From Trichosphaerium sp. ATCC 40318 (lineage: Eukaryota > Protista > Tubulinea), in assembly GCA_038496445.1 (NCBI GenBank), contig JALMLS010000585.1, positions 394,224-458,223 on the forward strand: a stretch of 64,000 nt of DNA. The letters run 5' to 3'. The position numbers were made by a program, and so were the translations under genes. Below the pieces are notes generated by a model, which made no database searches, was not told the origin of the DNA, and was given only the letters and a program-made list of their open reading frames with translations. Shown here piece by piece: positions 23,632 through 36,976 of the stretch. Each line of letters starts with the position of its first letter. Position 1 is the stretch's first letter.

Positions 23632-24386
23632 CTACAGTACTCTTTCCCATTTTAATCCCAATTGTTCAACATAGTCTTTCTGAATCTGATTAAATCCTCT
23701 AAACACTGTGATCATCACTGACGTAAGTGACGTCATGTGCTTCAAGCAATCACCTGTAAGCACTCCAGCACAAAATGTAAGTTCAAGAACCTCAAGATTT
23801 ACAAAGTGTTCTAAACTTGCATCAGTGATATCACTGCAAAAATTAAGGATAAGTTGTTTGATATTCGTCAGTGATTTGAGTCCAATAGCTTTGTAAAATA
23901 TAACAACAGTATGGACATTGCGAAGGTGTTTGAGAAATGATTCTGTTTCAGGGGTGATGGTGATTTTGTGAACATCTTTAAGAACTGCAGCCCATTCATC
24001 TGTTACATTACACCGAGTAATCCCAATAGTGTGTACATCTTTCAGTTCTTTTATTCCTTTAATAGTAACATGATAGCAGGAAGCAAGTTTGATTGTGAAC
24101 CCTTTAACGAAACATCTGTTATGTCCCACTAAATTACTAATGCACCTGAATCGATGTTGAACTTGCAAGCCAGTCAGGTGTCATGCCATACCGCCGAAGT
24201 TTATGACAATCTGATAGAGTAATTTAAATTACCACGAATGATGTCGTTGAAGAGAGGAGATACCGCCGAAGTGATTATACGGTCTTTTCTGCCTAAGTAA
24301 CGCAAAATATGCGTTAGCGTCTCCGCTGGTAACTCATATATGTCTTGTGTAACTCCGCGTATGTGGTTTAGATGCTTTGATGACAT
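23632..24386 (-). pseudogene. F-box/LRR gene, interrupted by stop/frameshift
   Basis: F-box ELPAETLTHILRYL..SAVSPLFN ends at a stop (24201). LRRs (LKDVHTI..T.C.VTD) continue in another frame (23632-24168) with no clear intron bridging them. Confidence 0.65.
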
Positions 24387-24683
24387 TAAATTCGCTTTAC
24401 TAGTTTACAATGGCTACACAATTATTTCTTTTACAATCAACTAAAGTCAAGATTTTGATACTGTGTTACAGTGACATCTTAAACGCGCCCGTAACAAGGA
24501 AAAGACGAACCAACAAGTTTGTACGGAGAGGTGGCTGTTAGAGGGTCGGTTTGGGATAAAGATAACAAGTCGTCAATTTGTAAGTCCACGTGATTTATTT
24601 ATTTAATTGGTTTGACCACTGTTACAGCAACAGTCAGGGCAACCATTGGCGCTCACAATCGCCTCTGAACTTTTTTACGCGCT

Positions 24684-24750
24684 GTTAGAGATGGCAGAAA
24701 TACCGGACCGAAACGCAAAAGACCGGTCCGTAAACGGTCCAAACGGTCCG
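24684..24750 (+). mobile_element. Putative hAT (Ac/Ds-like) terminus remnant
   Basis: TAGAGATGGCAG is followed by clustered CGGACC/CGGTCC and AAACGG repeats, reminiscent of Ac subterminal AAACGG motifs. Second end not seen. Confidence 0.4.
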
Positions 24751-24902
24751 CTGTCAAAGGGAGTACTTTTTTAAGGTTCCCCCGGTGTTGAAATGATGTG
24801 ACGTGAAAAATCGCTATTTTGTGTTAGCGATAGTTTTGAAGACCTCGTGCTACTCTGCTATATTAGTTTGTGTCGTATAAGGTTCCACCTCACTTTGACA
24901 GC
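24750..24902. repeat. 153-bp element bounded by 14-bp inverted repeats
   Basis: GCTGTCAAAGGGAG (24750-24763) and CTCACTTTGACAGC (24889-24902) match 13/14. Internal hairpin ATCGCTA-N8-TAGCGAT and direct repeat TAAGGTTCC. Confidence 0.5.
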
Positions 24903-25161
24903 AAGTGTGTTAATACCTTATAATCTGCAACATTTATGCTTATTGTAAGAACATTAAGTCACGTGTTTGCTACAAATCTGTAAAAATAAAGGGCTTCGAC
25001 CAAATGAGAGCTGCCAGTATTTTCTTAATGACAACGTAGTCCCATGTACCCTGGATGTAATTTATTTTGTTTTCGTGAGGTAGACGTTTATATATCAGTG
25101 CTCTTTTTTTTATTTACAAGTGAAAATCTTTACATGTTTTTTTGTTTCTTTTCCAAATCTA

Positions 25162-27545
25162 TCACAAAGGTTCTTGAAACTTACTATAATATTGGAACCC
25201 ATATAGTATAAGAAGCATTGGTTGGCCTTAATAAAAAAATTAACAAAAGCATTATTACTTTGTCCATACTACAGCTCAAAAAAAAAGTTTGTTTGACAAT
25301 TGAAGAATAAATCATTCATGTACAAAAAAAAGCATTATTGGGCTTACCAAATACACAAAATGTAAGCCAGAACATTATATTTCCTGTTTGAGATCCTTTA
25401 TAGTACATACTAAAGTTGTATGATAGTCAGGAGCAATAAAACTCTGAAAAGTAGAACAAAAAATGTAGGCCAAGTTTCAGACTTCGTACTCGCTAATGAT
25501 TATGAACGGCACTTGGAAGAGCATCCCCAAGAAGAACCATGTATTCATTTTACCTAAGGGTACACTAACAAGCAACTTGTTATCAAAAGAATTAGTATGA
25601 AGAATTGACAACAGTATAATAAAACTAGGATGGTACCTCATGGAAAATCGCCGAAATTAAAAAAACAGAAAGGCTCGCAACCAATCGACTGTACCTGAGC
25701 AATCATAAGTACGACTACTAAACAACCTTCAACAATACCCTTTTTTAAGCATCATTTTAAACACATGGCGTCTGAGCCAGTGATGAACTGGTAAGTTCCA
25801 TTTCTTCCTAAACGTGAAAAAAGTAAGAAAAATATCGAAAGGCAAACTCGTTTTGTCTGTGCGAATATGTTGATGAATAATTATCATACCAGTACTCCCC
25901 CATTGTTGTACTATTCCACCAATCGCTGTAAAACATTCTATCACCAAAAAAGAGTAACTCTCCGAGTACATTCGGTAATAAATGAAACAGGATATAAAAC
26001 ATCAGTAGCCAAGAGTAAACACTTGGAATCTTGAGAAAAAAAATAAGTCACGTGATCAACAACAATGAATGAAAGTAATTGAACGTTAATAGTACCACTA
26101 ATGTGAAGTAATCTTGTATGGCACTTGTATATTTTCTTTGATGTACGCTAGCAACACAATGTTCAATGGTTGGAAGCAAATATTGATGTGCCATAATCAC
26201 AAGAAGAATTAAAAAGAACACCTAGAGGTTGACATTAACACGTGTCATAATATACATTGCTTACCAATTGAGCAACCTTACCAAGAAGCCATGACCTACG
26301 TAGAAAAAATAATAAGCCTCTTAAATGTCATTTCAAAATAAGAAGCTGCGAAATGTCACAATGTGTCACTCGACATTTGACAATTTGGTTTATTTAGACG
26401 TACCATCGTCTTTTTTTAACCATAGGAAATTTTTCCTGGTAAGTGAGTGTAGGCACAAGAAGAAAGTAAGCCAGATCTTAAGCATGTCAGACAATAAGAA
26501 ACCAACAATTAAAAATAAAAAGACGTACTTTGCACAGTAATATTTTTGGGATATTCTGTAGGCTCATTCACAGGTTTCTTCTTATCTATCCAGTTAATTA
26601 AATATTTTCACAATACAAACACTTCCATACCTTGATACTCTCTCTTTAACCGTAGTTCACTATTAACCAAAACATAGCTACCAACAGATGTCAACAAAAA
26701 AGAAAGAAATTCAAAAAAACTCAAAAAAAGCAAAAGCTTTAAAGCCACGCGCTGCTACTATAACCGTTGTAAACAAACGTGACTTTGAACAAGTATTGAA
26801 AATCTCGTTATATTTGTTGACAACAAAATAATACACCACGTGTTCAGGATATACCACCAAATGAAGAAGTTTTTCTTTTTTTTTCGTACCTTACTAATTT
26901 CATTTGCAAGACAACACAGTTTGAAATACAAAGAAAACTCGACAGTGGTAAGCATTTAGGATCTGCTTGATTTGATGCAGGACAAGTACGGGTTAATATG
27001 AGAATAACACTTAACGCTAGAGTGCATATAAAGTTCGTATAGTGAAGAAACATCCCAAATCTAAGCGAAACGGTTATTTGTTAATTTTTGTCAAATTTCT
27101 CTTTTAAACGAACCCAGGATCGCATTGTTTTCGTGCCATAGCGCGTTCAATTGTATACGTAAGCACTAGACATACTGCAAGCACTATTTAAGTGAGATTG
27201 ATTGGAATTTTTATCAATAAAGTCAGGATGTACCTCCAAACCCTTTAGATAGAACCATAGTATCGAAATACTGAAGATAGTCGTTATTAATGAACACCAA
27301 GCCATATTTATCAATATTTTCAACTACCAACCGCATATTTGACCAAATCTACGCCAAACGTTAGCTTTCGCAAGGGTTAATGTCGTTCTGTAGCGTACGA
27401 GGATTATAGCGCATAGATTAATAAAACCTCTAAAGTTCTGTTTTTTAGAAGCGCTGGTGAGTAAGGAGGGGTCTGTCCGAGTATGAACAGGCTCGCTGTG
27501 TACCCATCGGTAAACTGACGTTTTAGAACTCTTTGTACTCTCCAT
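25162..27545 (-). CDS. DGAT1: Diacylglycerol/sterol O-acyltransferase (MBOAT, DGAT1/ACAT)
   Basis: HTRTDPSLL...NFRGFINL, Y.LLINND, YPKNIT, IPSVYSWLLMFY..FH...NVLGELL.FGDRMFYSDWWNS, WNLPVHHWL.RH, SAIFHE, GNIMFW, GQP. Stop TGA at 25162-25164. Confidence 0.9.
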
Positions 27546-27879
27546 TACACAAAATGCGCGTATAAATAGCGTAAATGAGTATTTACAGGATGATCGAACT
27601 AGAATTGCAGGTGCAAATAAGCAACCTTCGCTTAAACCAAGCTTAAAAGTACTTGAATATGCTCATGGTGGGTAACGCTGATAACGGTTTTTCGATCACA
27701 CTTCAGCCAACGCTTAAATAACTTAGAACTGAAGCTCTTATACACTATGCGTAAATAAAGTCATACAACTCCAATCGTAAGGCAATGTTAAAATTGTTTT
27801 ATGATACAAGATAAATACAACTATTTTTTTTACATTTCATAGTTTTGTAGTAGAACATATGTTCTATGACTGTTTCTTG

Positions 27880-30800
27880 TTAAACAAGAGAAGTTCTAGA
27901 AGTAGCGTTTAATGCTGCACGAACTATAGGCATCACGTGTTTTGGTTTAGGTCGATCACTAAGAAAATGAAGTCAGCAACAGGGTTTCTGAGGCAGAAAA
28001 AAAAAAAAGACGTACGTTGCACCAAAGCTGTTTTGGACTGAAGGTGCGTTTGCCCATCCATATAAAGGTACTCCATTTTTATCGATAACATATACACCAG
28101 GTTGAACAACGTATTTTTCTCCAATAGGGTTCTGTCCAGTAAGATTTTTCTGTAGAGAGAAACCTCTACTTATTTCATGACTATCATCACCAATCAAAGG
28201 AAAATTCAAGTTCCATTTCTCTTGTGTCTTTATCATCTTATTTGTAGATTGAGAGCTAATACCAACAATAGATCCTCCTTTAAATGCAACCTAATAACAC
28301 AATCAATAAAAATCACGTGCACAAAATGGAGCAGAAAAAACAAAAAATAATCATACCTCAGCCATATATTTTCTCCATGATCTTAGGTATCGTCTGCAAA
28401 ATACACACCACGACCCTCTGAAGAAAATAAGTATAGTAAAACTCTTTGTTTCCATCTCTTCATCTAGCCATTTTTTTGCATTTGACAAGTCAAGAGTGCG
28501 TGTATAAGTATCAGCATCAAAGCTAGTTCTCGAAGTTCTAAAAAACAACAATAAGAAAAACAAAAATCACCAATTTTTGTGACGTACTCGAATCCTGAAA
28601 TTCCTACTATACCATCCTCTATTACTACCTTTGAATGATCTATAGAATCAGAAGAAGACTCAGAAGATAGCATTGAGTTTGGTGCTACATCAAACTCTTG
28701 AAGTGCATGAAGGTTTATGCTACAAAACGAACTTAGAGTGCTCAACAGCTTGTCATGTTGTGGAGGAATATTAGCAGCAATAGCATCACTACATAGTACG
28801 TAAGTGTTAATACTCTATAGAGTGTTTGGCATTGTTTTAAAGCATACCTATTGTAAAGAACAAAGTTCCCTAGAGTCTGATTTGCTTGAACCAATTCTTT
28901 CTTTTTCAACTTTTTGGTTTTTTGCTCTACAGCTTGTGTGGATAAAACCTTTGCAACACCTGCCATTACACGTGATCTATGTTTTTGAACATAAATAGAT
29001 ACTTGCTCATTATCAAATTGTGCGCTATCTAGCTCCCCAGTAATTACACGCATAGCCATGCATATCGTTGAAATATGGCGACTTGTGTCCGTATTGAACG
29101 TTAACACTATCGAAAAATAAGCCAAAAACAAAAACGACAATGCCATCTTCAATACGTACTTGAAGAAGATCTACCCATGTTGCCACCACCAACGCACATT
29201 AGACACACAATTGGCTGTTTCAGGTAAGTTAACAAGCCACGATGAACTAAGAATGATGTTGCTGCTTTTACGAACAGACTTTTTGGAGCGCCTTGTTTAC
29301 CAAATCTTGCCATTCCTCGTTGAACAATGGCTTGAAGGCCTTCAACTACAGAAGCAGGAAGAATATCAAGGATTGCCATAAACTCGACAACAACTTCATC
29401 TAGCAAATCAACAAGCTCTCCTTTACCTTTTGAAATATGCTCTAAAGAAATGTTAAAAACAAGAATTTATTAAGAAAATAATCCAAATAAACAAACAACG
29501 CACCAAGTGGCTTTTTAAAGCGATGAGCGACGCTCATTAATGACAACTTTATAGAAGCACTAAGTATAAGAGATGTTGTAGATGTTTCCGTAAGTATTAA
29601 AGTCCACACATCAACAGGCGGTGAACTAAGAGGGTATTACAAAAAAAGCTGAATATTTATACAAAAAACGTACTTGTACACGTTCGTCAATACGTTGTTC
29701 ATTTGACTTGCTCGTTTTGGTGCCTTCACTTTGTACTCAAACTTTAGTAGATACTTGTACATACGACGAATTGATTTATCTCCACGAGAAGCAACAACTT
29801 TAACAAAACTGTCGATCATACTTTGAGAAGCATCAGGTGTAAATGAAAGAGCAACGCCTTTAATAAAATGACGATCAGACATAAGTCCATGTAATGCGCT
29901 AGCGCCCATTAAATGAGATCCTCTCCATTTATTTTTGTTTGGTTGCCTAAACATGTGTAAGTATTATTTTAATTACAGTCTCAAGCTTACCAAATAAATA
30001 GTCTGGAGGAATAGTCACCATCACCTTCTGTTACGAAGTAGACATATCCTCCGTCATCAATGTGAGTCCTTCTCACTCTTGCTTTTGTATGTATCATATC
30101 AAGAGGTTTCTTTGGTTCCTATAAGATGATTAGAGAAACAGTCTGGCGAGTGAAAGAACTCTCGCTTCAAAACAAAAAAATTCTAAGCAAAAAAAGCGAA
30201 CCTTGACAAGCAAGTTGTAAACAGCAAGTCCTTCCTGTGTACCAACGAAAACAAAATTATCCATTAATGCAACACTCGACACTCTTGTTGATAGCTGTTG
30301 AAAAATATTTTGAGATGAATCCCCAAGGTTAGATTGTATTCCAGAGGCGATTGAATATGCTTTTGTATCTCCAAGACCAAATACATGGATATTGCCATGT
30401 AAATCTCCAGCAATAACAACGCTCTTTAGTAAATGGACACTGGTGAGTGCTACTGGCGTTGGTTTACTGAAAATCAGTTTGGCAGTCTACAATAAAAGTA
30501 AACAAAACAATTCTCTGAATCATCAGTGTCGTTGACTCACGGTTTTGTCCCAACAATAAATTTCATCTCGAGTAACACCAACGACAAGATTATTATTTTG
30601 TTTTAATGATATCCATCCTTTTGATGCATTTTCTGTTTCACAACTAGATAATGTTAACTGGAGCAATAATCCAAAAAAAGGGAAAAAAAAACAATACGAT
30701 TTTCGTTTTGCGCTGGTTGAACAAGCTTACCTGAATAGCAAGTTATATGTCTTCACACAATAAGCTTCAATAATATTCATAGCAGATGAATAAGTTACAA

Positions 30801-31772
30801 GTGCATTTCCATTAACAACAGACGACAAATGACTGATAATTTTACCATGCTTGAAAATAGGTTCATTTTGTTCATCCTTTGAAACTTCGTTTCCTTTAAA
30901 ATCAAGATGGAACACACTCCTAGAACCAAACACACATACACCCTATAAACAAATACACATGTTAGTTTCAAAAAAAACCTTCACAGAATGAACTTACAGT
31001 CGGTTGAATGAAAACACCTTGAAGATAATCGTTTTCTCCAAAAATGGCATCGTAGCGGAATGTCTCATCTTCTTGAACATCATGGATTTGTACGTTATGT
31101 ATCAACGCATCGTCAGATCCATATGTATGGACAGATACAATATGAGTACCCTCAGCACGTATGATACGAACTTCGTGCTTGTTTTTAATATGACGTTGTT
31201 TCTTAAGCTGTGGGTGTGCTACTATTATATCCCTAAAGGTAAAAAGCGGACAATAAGAATCTAAGGATAGAAAACAGTTTTGGAGGTCAAGCCTCATTTA
31301 AACCTACCCAGTGTTCATATACGATGCAGCCATCCAACCTCGTGCACCAAATACTACTGTTTGGCGTTTGTTCGGTTTAGAATTGAGAAACGATGGAAGG
31401 ACATCATTAAGGCCAAAGCTGATAGAGTGTCGTTAGAGAAAGTGTATTGTAGCGTACAAGATTAAACAACGAACCTGAGAACGTTTTTGTGAGCACGATA
31501 GCTTTTTTTCTTTTTCGTTTGTCGCTTCGAGAGCTAATACGTATAGCGTTAGTTGATGAAAATGCGTTGTAGTTGCAAAAACTACGAGTTTTAAAAAACC
31601 GCCAATTATACGTTCGTTTGCATTAAAATTCAAATTAGGAGCGGCCCCGAAACCTCAGAGGCTGTTTTTCACTTTTTGCGTTAGAAATATTCCAATTTTG
31701 TCTGTACAATTATTTACGCACTGAATCTGTCCTAGACACCCTTGTACTTGTTTCGGGACCACCTCTTGGCAT
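27880..31772 (-). CDS. Multidomain protein: beta-propeller-like + degenerate RasGAP + AhpC/TSA (Prx-like) CxxC domain, paralog A
   Basis: Beta-rich repeats (VVIAGDLHGNIHVF; NFVFVGTQEGLAVYNL), a RasGAP-like helical region (YLLKFE..KRASQMNNVL; ILPASVVEGL..RF..AATSFLVHRG..LKQP; ISTICMAMR) and C-terminal FFRGSWCVFCRRYL..IVGISSQ..FPLIGD..QPGVYVID..DRP. Start approximate. Confidence 0.7.
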
Positions 31773-32517
31773 TTTTTCTTAAAGGTGCTTGCAATATAAA
31801 CAATAAACGTTGTGTAGGCGTTTTATAGCGTGATTTGTTACTTTTTGACAATAACTAATTTATAGGAGGCGTTGCCAATTAGAAATTGCAGAATTTACAC
31901 AAAGTGGACCAAATTGCGGAGGTGAAGTTTTTTTCCATCAATTCTATGTAGCATGCAAAGTATGAGCGTCTTAACATGAGACAGTAGGCACCTTTGAAAA
32001 GAAATACTTCCGAGGAATGTTGGCTTATTTTTCAGAAAAACGGTTTTCAGTGCCAAGTCTTAGTAACATCGTCTTTTATACACCATTATATTGTAGTACA
32101 TTGAAGTTGCGGTTAAAATAATTTGCACGAGTCTAAAAAGTGTTCTACAATCACTACTCATATAATTTATGGCGCATTGATCATAAATACAACTGAATTA
32201 CGATAAACCCAAATGACACCATTTCGGACAAACGATTGTCCACCCTTCCTCATTAACTGAACGCAATTACTTCAACTTCATGCAACGTTATGTCAACTTA
32301 TTGTTGTCACCTAAAAATATAGAACCATACTTTACCGTTAAGGATAAGTTTAAGAACTCTCAATCTTGTTTCAAGCTCACAACAAACGAAGAAAATTACA
32401 ACTCTTTTTTTTTTTTTTTTTTTTTTTTAATGTCAGGTATGTACAATACAAGGCTTGTTTTACATTTAATTTTTTTTCTTTCTTTTTTAAACTGGTGTAT
32501 CATGGTATATAGGCAAA

Positions 32518-33570
32518 TCACAACAAAGTTGTAGGAAGGAAACCATCGGAATCTTTAAATCAAAAGAAATGAGTTCAATTTTTTTCTTTCATTTGCAGTT
32601 CATTGCTACAATCAAATACCTCTCTGTATATTATTATTCGCATTTCCCATGGCATAAGGCTCCGCCTCTATTGTATGTACACTCATATTATCGCTATCAA
32701 AGGGATCTATTTGCATTGTACCGCTAAAACAAATCAACAAAGCAAAGCAAAGCAAAAAAAAATAAATTGAACGTGTCAACTGCAAATAAATTGATGACGA
32801 CTGTCACTATTAAAATACCACAACCAAATACCTCACTTTTCATAAAAGCACAGAGAATAAAAGATGATTTGAAGCTCACAAAAAATAAAAAGGGAAAAAC
32901 GTCATCATTTTCTTGAGTGGTTAACTGAATTTTAACGTTAACGTTCGTGAGCTACAGTGAAAACAAGACTGAAAAATATTACCTGTCAGCTGATGCTGCT
33001 AAGCCATCTGATGCTACTGTAGCTGCTGACGAACGTGCGCCAAGTCGCAGTCTGTCAACTCTTCCATCAGTGCGCGGATAGTCGCACATTACATTACTAT
33101 CTCTTAAATCGCTCTCGCGCAGGCTTTGAGTTCGGTATAATTCTACCAAGTACGTTAGTTACGAAACAACGTAAAAATGAGTTAAAACGCCTTTAATCGC
33201 GTAGAATTAAGCACCAAGCGGTACCTTGTTTTAATCCGTCACATTCAGTCTCAAGTCGATTACGTTCGCCTTCTAAGTCTTGTAGGGTATGTTCAAGCTG
33301 TTCAATTCTTAATTGATCGGTATGGGGGTCTCGTAGGACCTTTCCTGAAGCGATTATGCGTTGTAAAGTCTGTAACGCTAAAATTCCATTTTGGCTTTTT
33401 TCAACTGAGATAGCGTCTGCCAAGGTTCGTAGCCATGTGTCACGAAATACACCATCAACGTAGCATTGACGCAAGAATGGCTCAAATTGAGATGTATCTA
33501 CTGACGTAGCTTGGTAATACTGCCCTGGTAGGTTATTTGGCGTTGGCTGCTTCGCCTGTTGCTGACCCAT
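32518..33570 (-). CDS. Hypothetical protein with possible N-myristoylation site and coiled coil
   Basis: MGQQQAK start, coiled coil IEQLEHTLQDLEGERNRLE, further short exons at ~33146-32983 and ~32723-32620. The 3' end is approximate. Confidence 0.55.
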
Positions 33571-34573
33571 ATTTTTGTTTCTATACCCTTAAATAATTAT
33601 TAACTTGCGCGTGGGTTGCGTTGCCAGGTAGTTTTAATCAAATTTTCTACATATATTTTACCAAACCAGAACTTTTCGTGCGTTAAAATGTAGTCTAGAA
33701 AAAAAAAGCAGTAAACACGCTTATAATATCGTTCATTGGTTCGGTTTTGTACCAGGTAAATTGGTAATTGTGATAAGAGCACGACGTTCAAAAAAAGAGT
33801 CTAATTTTACTCAACCAGACGAGGAATGTGTCATGCCTGATCAAAAGAAGGCTGTGAAACCTTTGAGTCACGATTTGCTTTGTTCTTCGGCAGCCTGCGC
33901 TTGCTGTCCCCAATCTCTCCCAATGACCCGAAGGAATGCATGCCTGAAGCAATCATTTCAATCTTGCTTCTATGTAAGCCTCTACACTGTCAACTCATTC
34001 AAGGGCTTTCACATGAATCAACAAGTTCACAGAAAAAGAAAAGTACATATCGACCTTGCAAATCCTCATAGTAATTACGTTGACATTGCTTGTAGGCTAA
34101 ACTTCATGACTACAAGTGCAAGTGTGTCTTGACTTTGAAATATTATGTGAATAAGGCGCGTGCCTTGTTGCATGTTACCCGATTCACTCGTCTCGTCAGA
34201 AGTTTATTACTTCTTTTGCCCAGATCTTGAGCGCCTTGGTACATTAAATCGCTTTAGTGAGCTTTGTCATTCATGTTTGTAAAAGACACGTTTTGGGTTT
34301 GAGGATGGTGAGTGTTGGATAATTACGCAGCTCTGAAATTTTATTTCAGTAAGGTCCATTCTCCGAATATTTGTCGCAAGCTGTCGAAATGCACAAAAGA
34401 CTTACACTACTTATTCTTTAGAAAACAACAAAGCAGCTTTATTTCCTACTCATTATTAATAACACGGTGATACTAGCAAGTAGAAGATGTTTCACGTGAC
34501 ATATTTTTGCTGAAAATAGAAAATTATTAATTTTTCATCTTCTCATAAAAGATAGCTTCACACCGAGGATACA

Positions 34574-35285
34574 ATGCGTCTTACACTTGTTTTCATCTTC
34601 TGTCTCTTTTATACTACACTTTTTGCTTGCGTTTGCCTTCGCAGAAGCGACGAGCAAAGGTTCTGCGATGCTGATGCTGTACTCAGAGTAAAGATTATTG
34701 TTAATTGGCGAACAACTGAAGACAGAAGAGTATTTCTAGCCGAAGTAAAGAGAGTTTATAAATACCCAACAGAGGAACATGACCCATGGGTTAACATTGT
34801 CACAGGGTATCCGACTATTATCGTATTTCAAAAGCAGCTGTGTTCTTTCTAACAAACAATCACAGGAGAAGTTGGCTTACAGACTGCGGCTTTTACTTCG
34901 AAGAGCAAAAAGTTCGAATGAACAAAACCAAAATAGTTTTCTTACATGTCTTTAGGAGTATCTAATAGCTGGACGTTCTGATGCCTCTGAACAAGTTGCT
35001 TTCTATGTGAACAGATGCGATATGGACAATTTTTGTTCACCTCCTGCACCCAATGTTATTCGCCTCTGTGATAGGCCAGCTGGACCACCGCCATGTGTTG
35101 ATTCTTGTCCAAACCAACTAATGTGCTCGTTTCCAACTTGCACATCTTGTTTGTTTATTCCAGGATCTTGTAATACATGTGCTTCATCTAAATGCTGCAC
35201 GAATGTCTTTTGTCCAGAAGTTGATACTTGTACCGAAGGCTGTGTTCCATCTAATTGTTGCGGAACGCAATGTGTACCTGCTTGA
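34574..35285 (+). CDS. Secreted TIMP/NTR-domain protein with Cys-rich C-terminus
   Basis: Signal peptide ends LFA, then mature CVC..SDEQRFCDADAVLRVKI (TIMP C-x-C...FC.AD.V), ..VKRVYK.., CGF, EYLIAG and a Cys-rich tail. Two GT-AG introns. Confidence 0.8.
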
Positions 35286-35507
35286 AATAAATATGACCAC
35301 GTCATTCCCTTATTCTCTGTAGTAACCAGTTTTTTACAATTTCACCAGCCTAGCGCTATTTTTCCGCCACAAGTCAAACATAGTCGAATTGCGTTAAAAG
35401 CGAAAACAAAGCAGCAATTACTTTGTAGCTCTAACAAAAAGTATTCTACGCACATCACACTCATTTTTTATATTTCAGTGGTATTCTACAAACACGTGTA
35501 CACAAAA

Positions 35508-36620
35508 ATGAACTCAAACAGCGCATTCTTTGATGAGATCCCTGTGGAAATCATTCTTCACATTCTACAGTATGTTTCTGTTTTATCTATGCCCGCAGTA
35601 GTGTATACATCCAAGATATTACGCAATGTCGCCGTACAGCTTTTGAAGTACGTCGACAGGAGAACTATAACAATAAGAACAAGGAAAGAACTAAAAAAAC
35701 TATTCAAGAAAGCTCCACATCTAATATCGATACATACTATTAACCTTTGCTTTGTCATCACACAGAAAGACTTAAAGTATCTACAATGGGCTTACGCACT
35801 AATTCTGAAGGGAATAAAGCGAGTTGATTTTACAGGTTTTTTTGTAATTAATGGTATTGACTTTAGTAACTGTCACAAGACAACAACCGTGACTGATGAT
35901 CATCTTAAACAACTTGCTGGCATTCACAATATTAATTTAACAAGCTGTCATCTTGTTACAGATGATGGTGTTAAGTCATTGGCTGGTATTCATACAATTG
36001 CTTTACTCTATTGTGATACTATAACTGACAAAGGTGTGAAGGCTTTAGCAGGAGTTCATACTATTAGTTTATACTATTGTGATAGAGTAACAAATTATGG
36101 TGTTAAAGCACTTGCTGGCGTTCATAAGATTGACTTAACCGGGTGTAACAAAATTGATGATGAGGGAATTAAGGCATTGGCTGGTGTACATACCATTAAT
36201 ATTAATCACTTTTGTAAAGTTACAGATGATGCTATTAAAGCACTAGCAGGTGTTCATACTATTGACATAAGTAATTGTTATGCAATAACAGATGATGGTA
36301 TTAAAGCATTAGCTGGAGTTTATAAAATTAACTTAAGCTTTTGTAATGTTACAGACGATGGTATTAAAGCACTTGCTGGAGTTCATACAATTGATTTAAG
36401 CTTTTGTGAAGGTGTAACAGATGATGGCGTTAAAGCACTTGCTGGAGTTCATGCGATTAACTTAGCTAATTGTAAAGGTGTAACAAGTGAAGGAATATTA
36501 GCTTTGGTTGGTGTGTTACACATCATCACATCTGTTACAAAAAACGGCCTTGAAGCTTTAGGTGATGTGTATATCGACAACTGCCATTATGATCCTACCT
36601 TTTTGATATCTCACTACTGA
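35508..36620 (+). CDS. Intronless F-box/LRR protein (about 9 LAGVHTI.L..C..VTDDG.KA repeats)
   Basis: F-box FDEIPVEIILHILQYV followed by tandem 23-aa cysteine-containing LRRs in an intact 370-aa ORF. Confidence 0.9.
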   Translation: MNSNSAFFDEIPVEIILHILQYVSVLSMPAVVYTSKILRNVAVQLLKYVDRRTITIRTRKELKKLFKKAPHLISIHTINLCFVITQKDLKYLQWAYALILKGIKRVDFTGFFVINGIDFSNCHKTTTVTDDHLKQLAGIHNINLTSCHLVTDDGVKSLAGIHTIALLYCDTITDKGVKALAGVHTISLYYCDRVTNYGVKALAGVHKIDLTGCNKIDDEGIKALAGVHTININHFCKVTDDAIKALAGVHTIDISNCYAITDDGIKALAGVYKINLSFCNVTDDGIKALAGVHTIDLSFCEGVTDDGVKALAGVHAINLANCKGVTSEGILALVGVLHIITSVTKNGLEALGDVYIDNCHYDPTFLISHY

Positions 36621-36976
36621 AAAAAAAACAATGTGTTTCATTGTGTTGACCTGTTTTATCAATAAAAAGACTAATAATAATTCCATTTCTTTGTGTTATT
36701 ACTCATTACCCAAGCAATCCTTTGTTTACCATGACTATACAAGGAAACGCTAGAAAGATATTTGTGTATCGTTCATTGGCTCCTACCAATAACAACAATC
36801 TGATTGAACGAGAACATATCTCTAGGCTTGACCAAACAGCCAGCGCAGATAAGAGTTAAGCAAGGCAATCCAGAGATTTTTTTTCAGAGAAATAGTTGGT
36901 CAATCTATTTATTTTTTGGTAGGACGACTTTTTAAGTAATTGTCTTGTACTAAAAACAGCAACACAAACAACACAA

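Noticed and set aside
24610-24635. TTGACC...TTACAGCAA resembling the dictyostelid Class I RNA 5' motif
   Set aside because: The motif is interrupted, and no closing TCAAC stem or DUSE promoter was found.
33761-34132. 123-aa + strand ORF and overlapping ORFs
   Set aside because: No ATG start in good context, no recognisable domain and no consistent splice structure. At most a decayed fragment.
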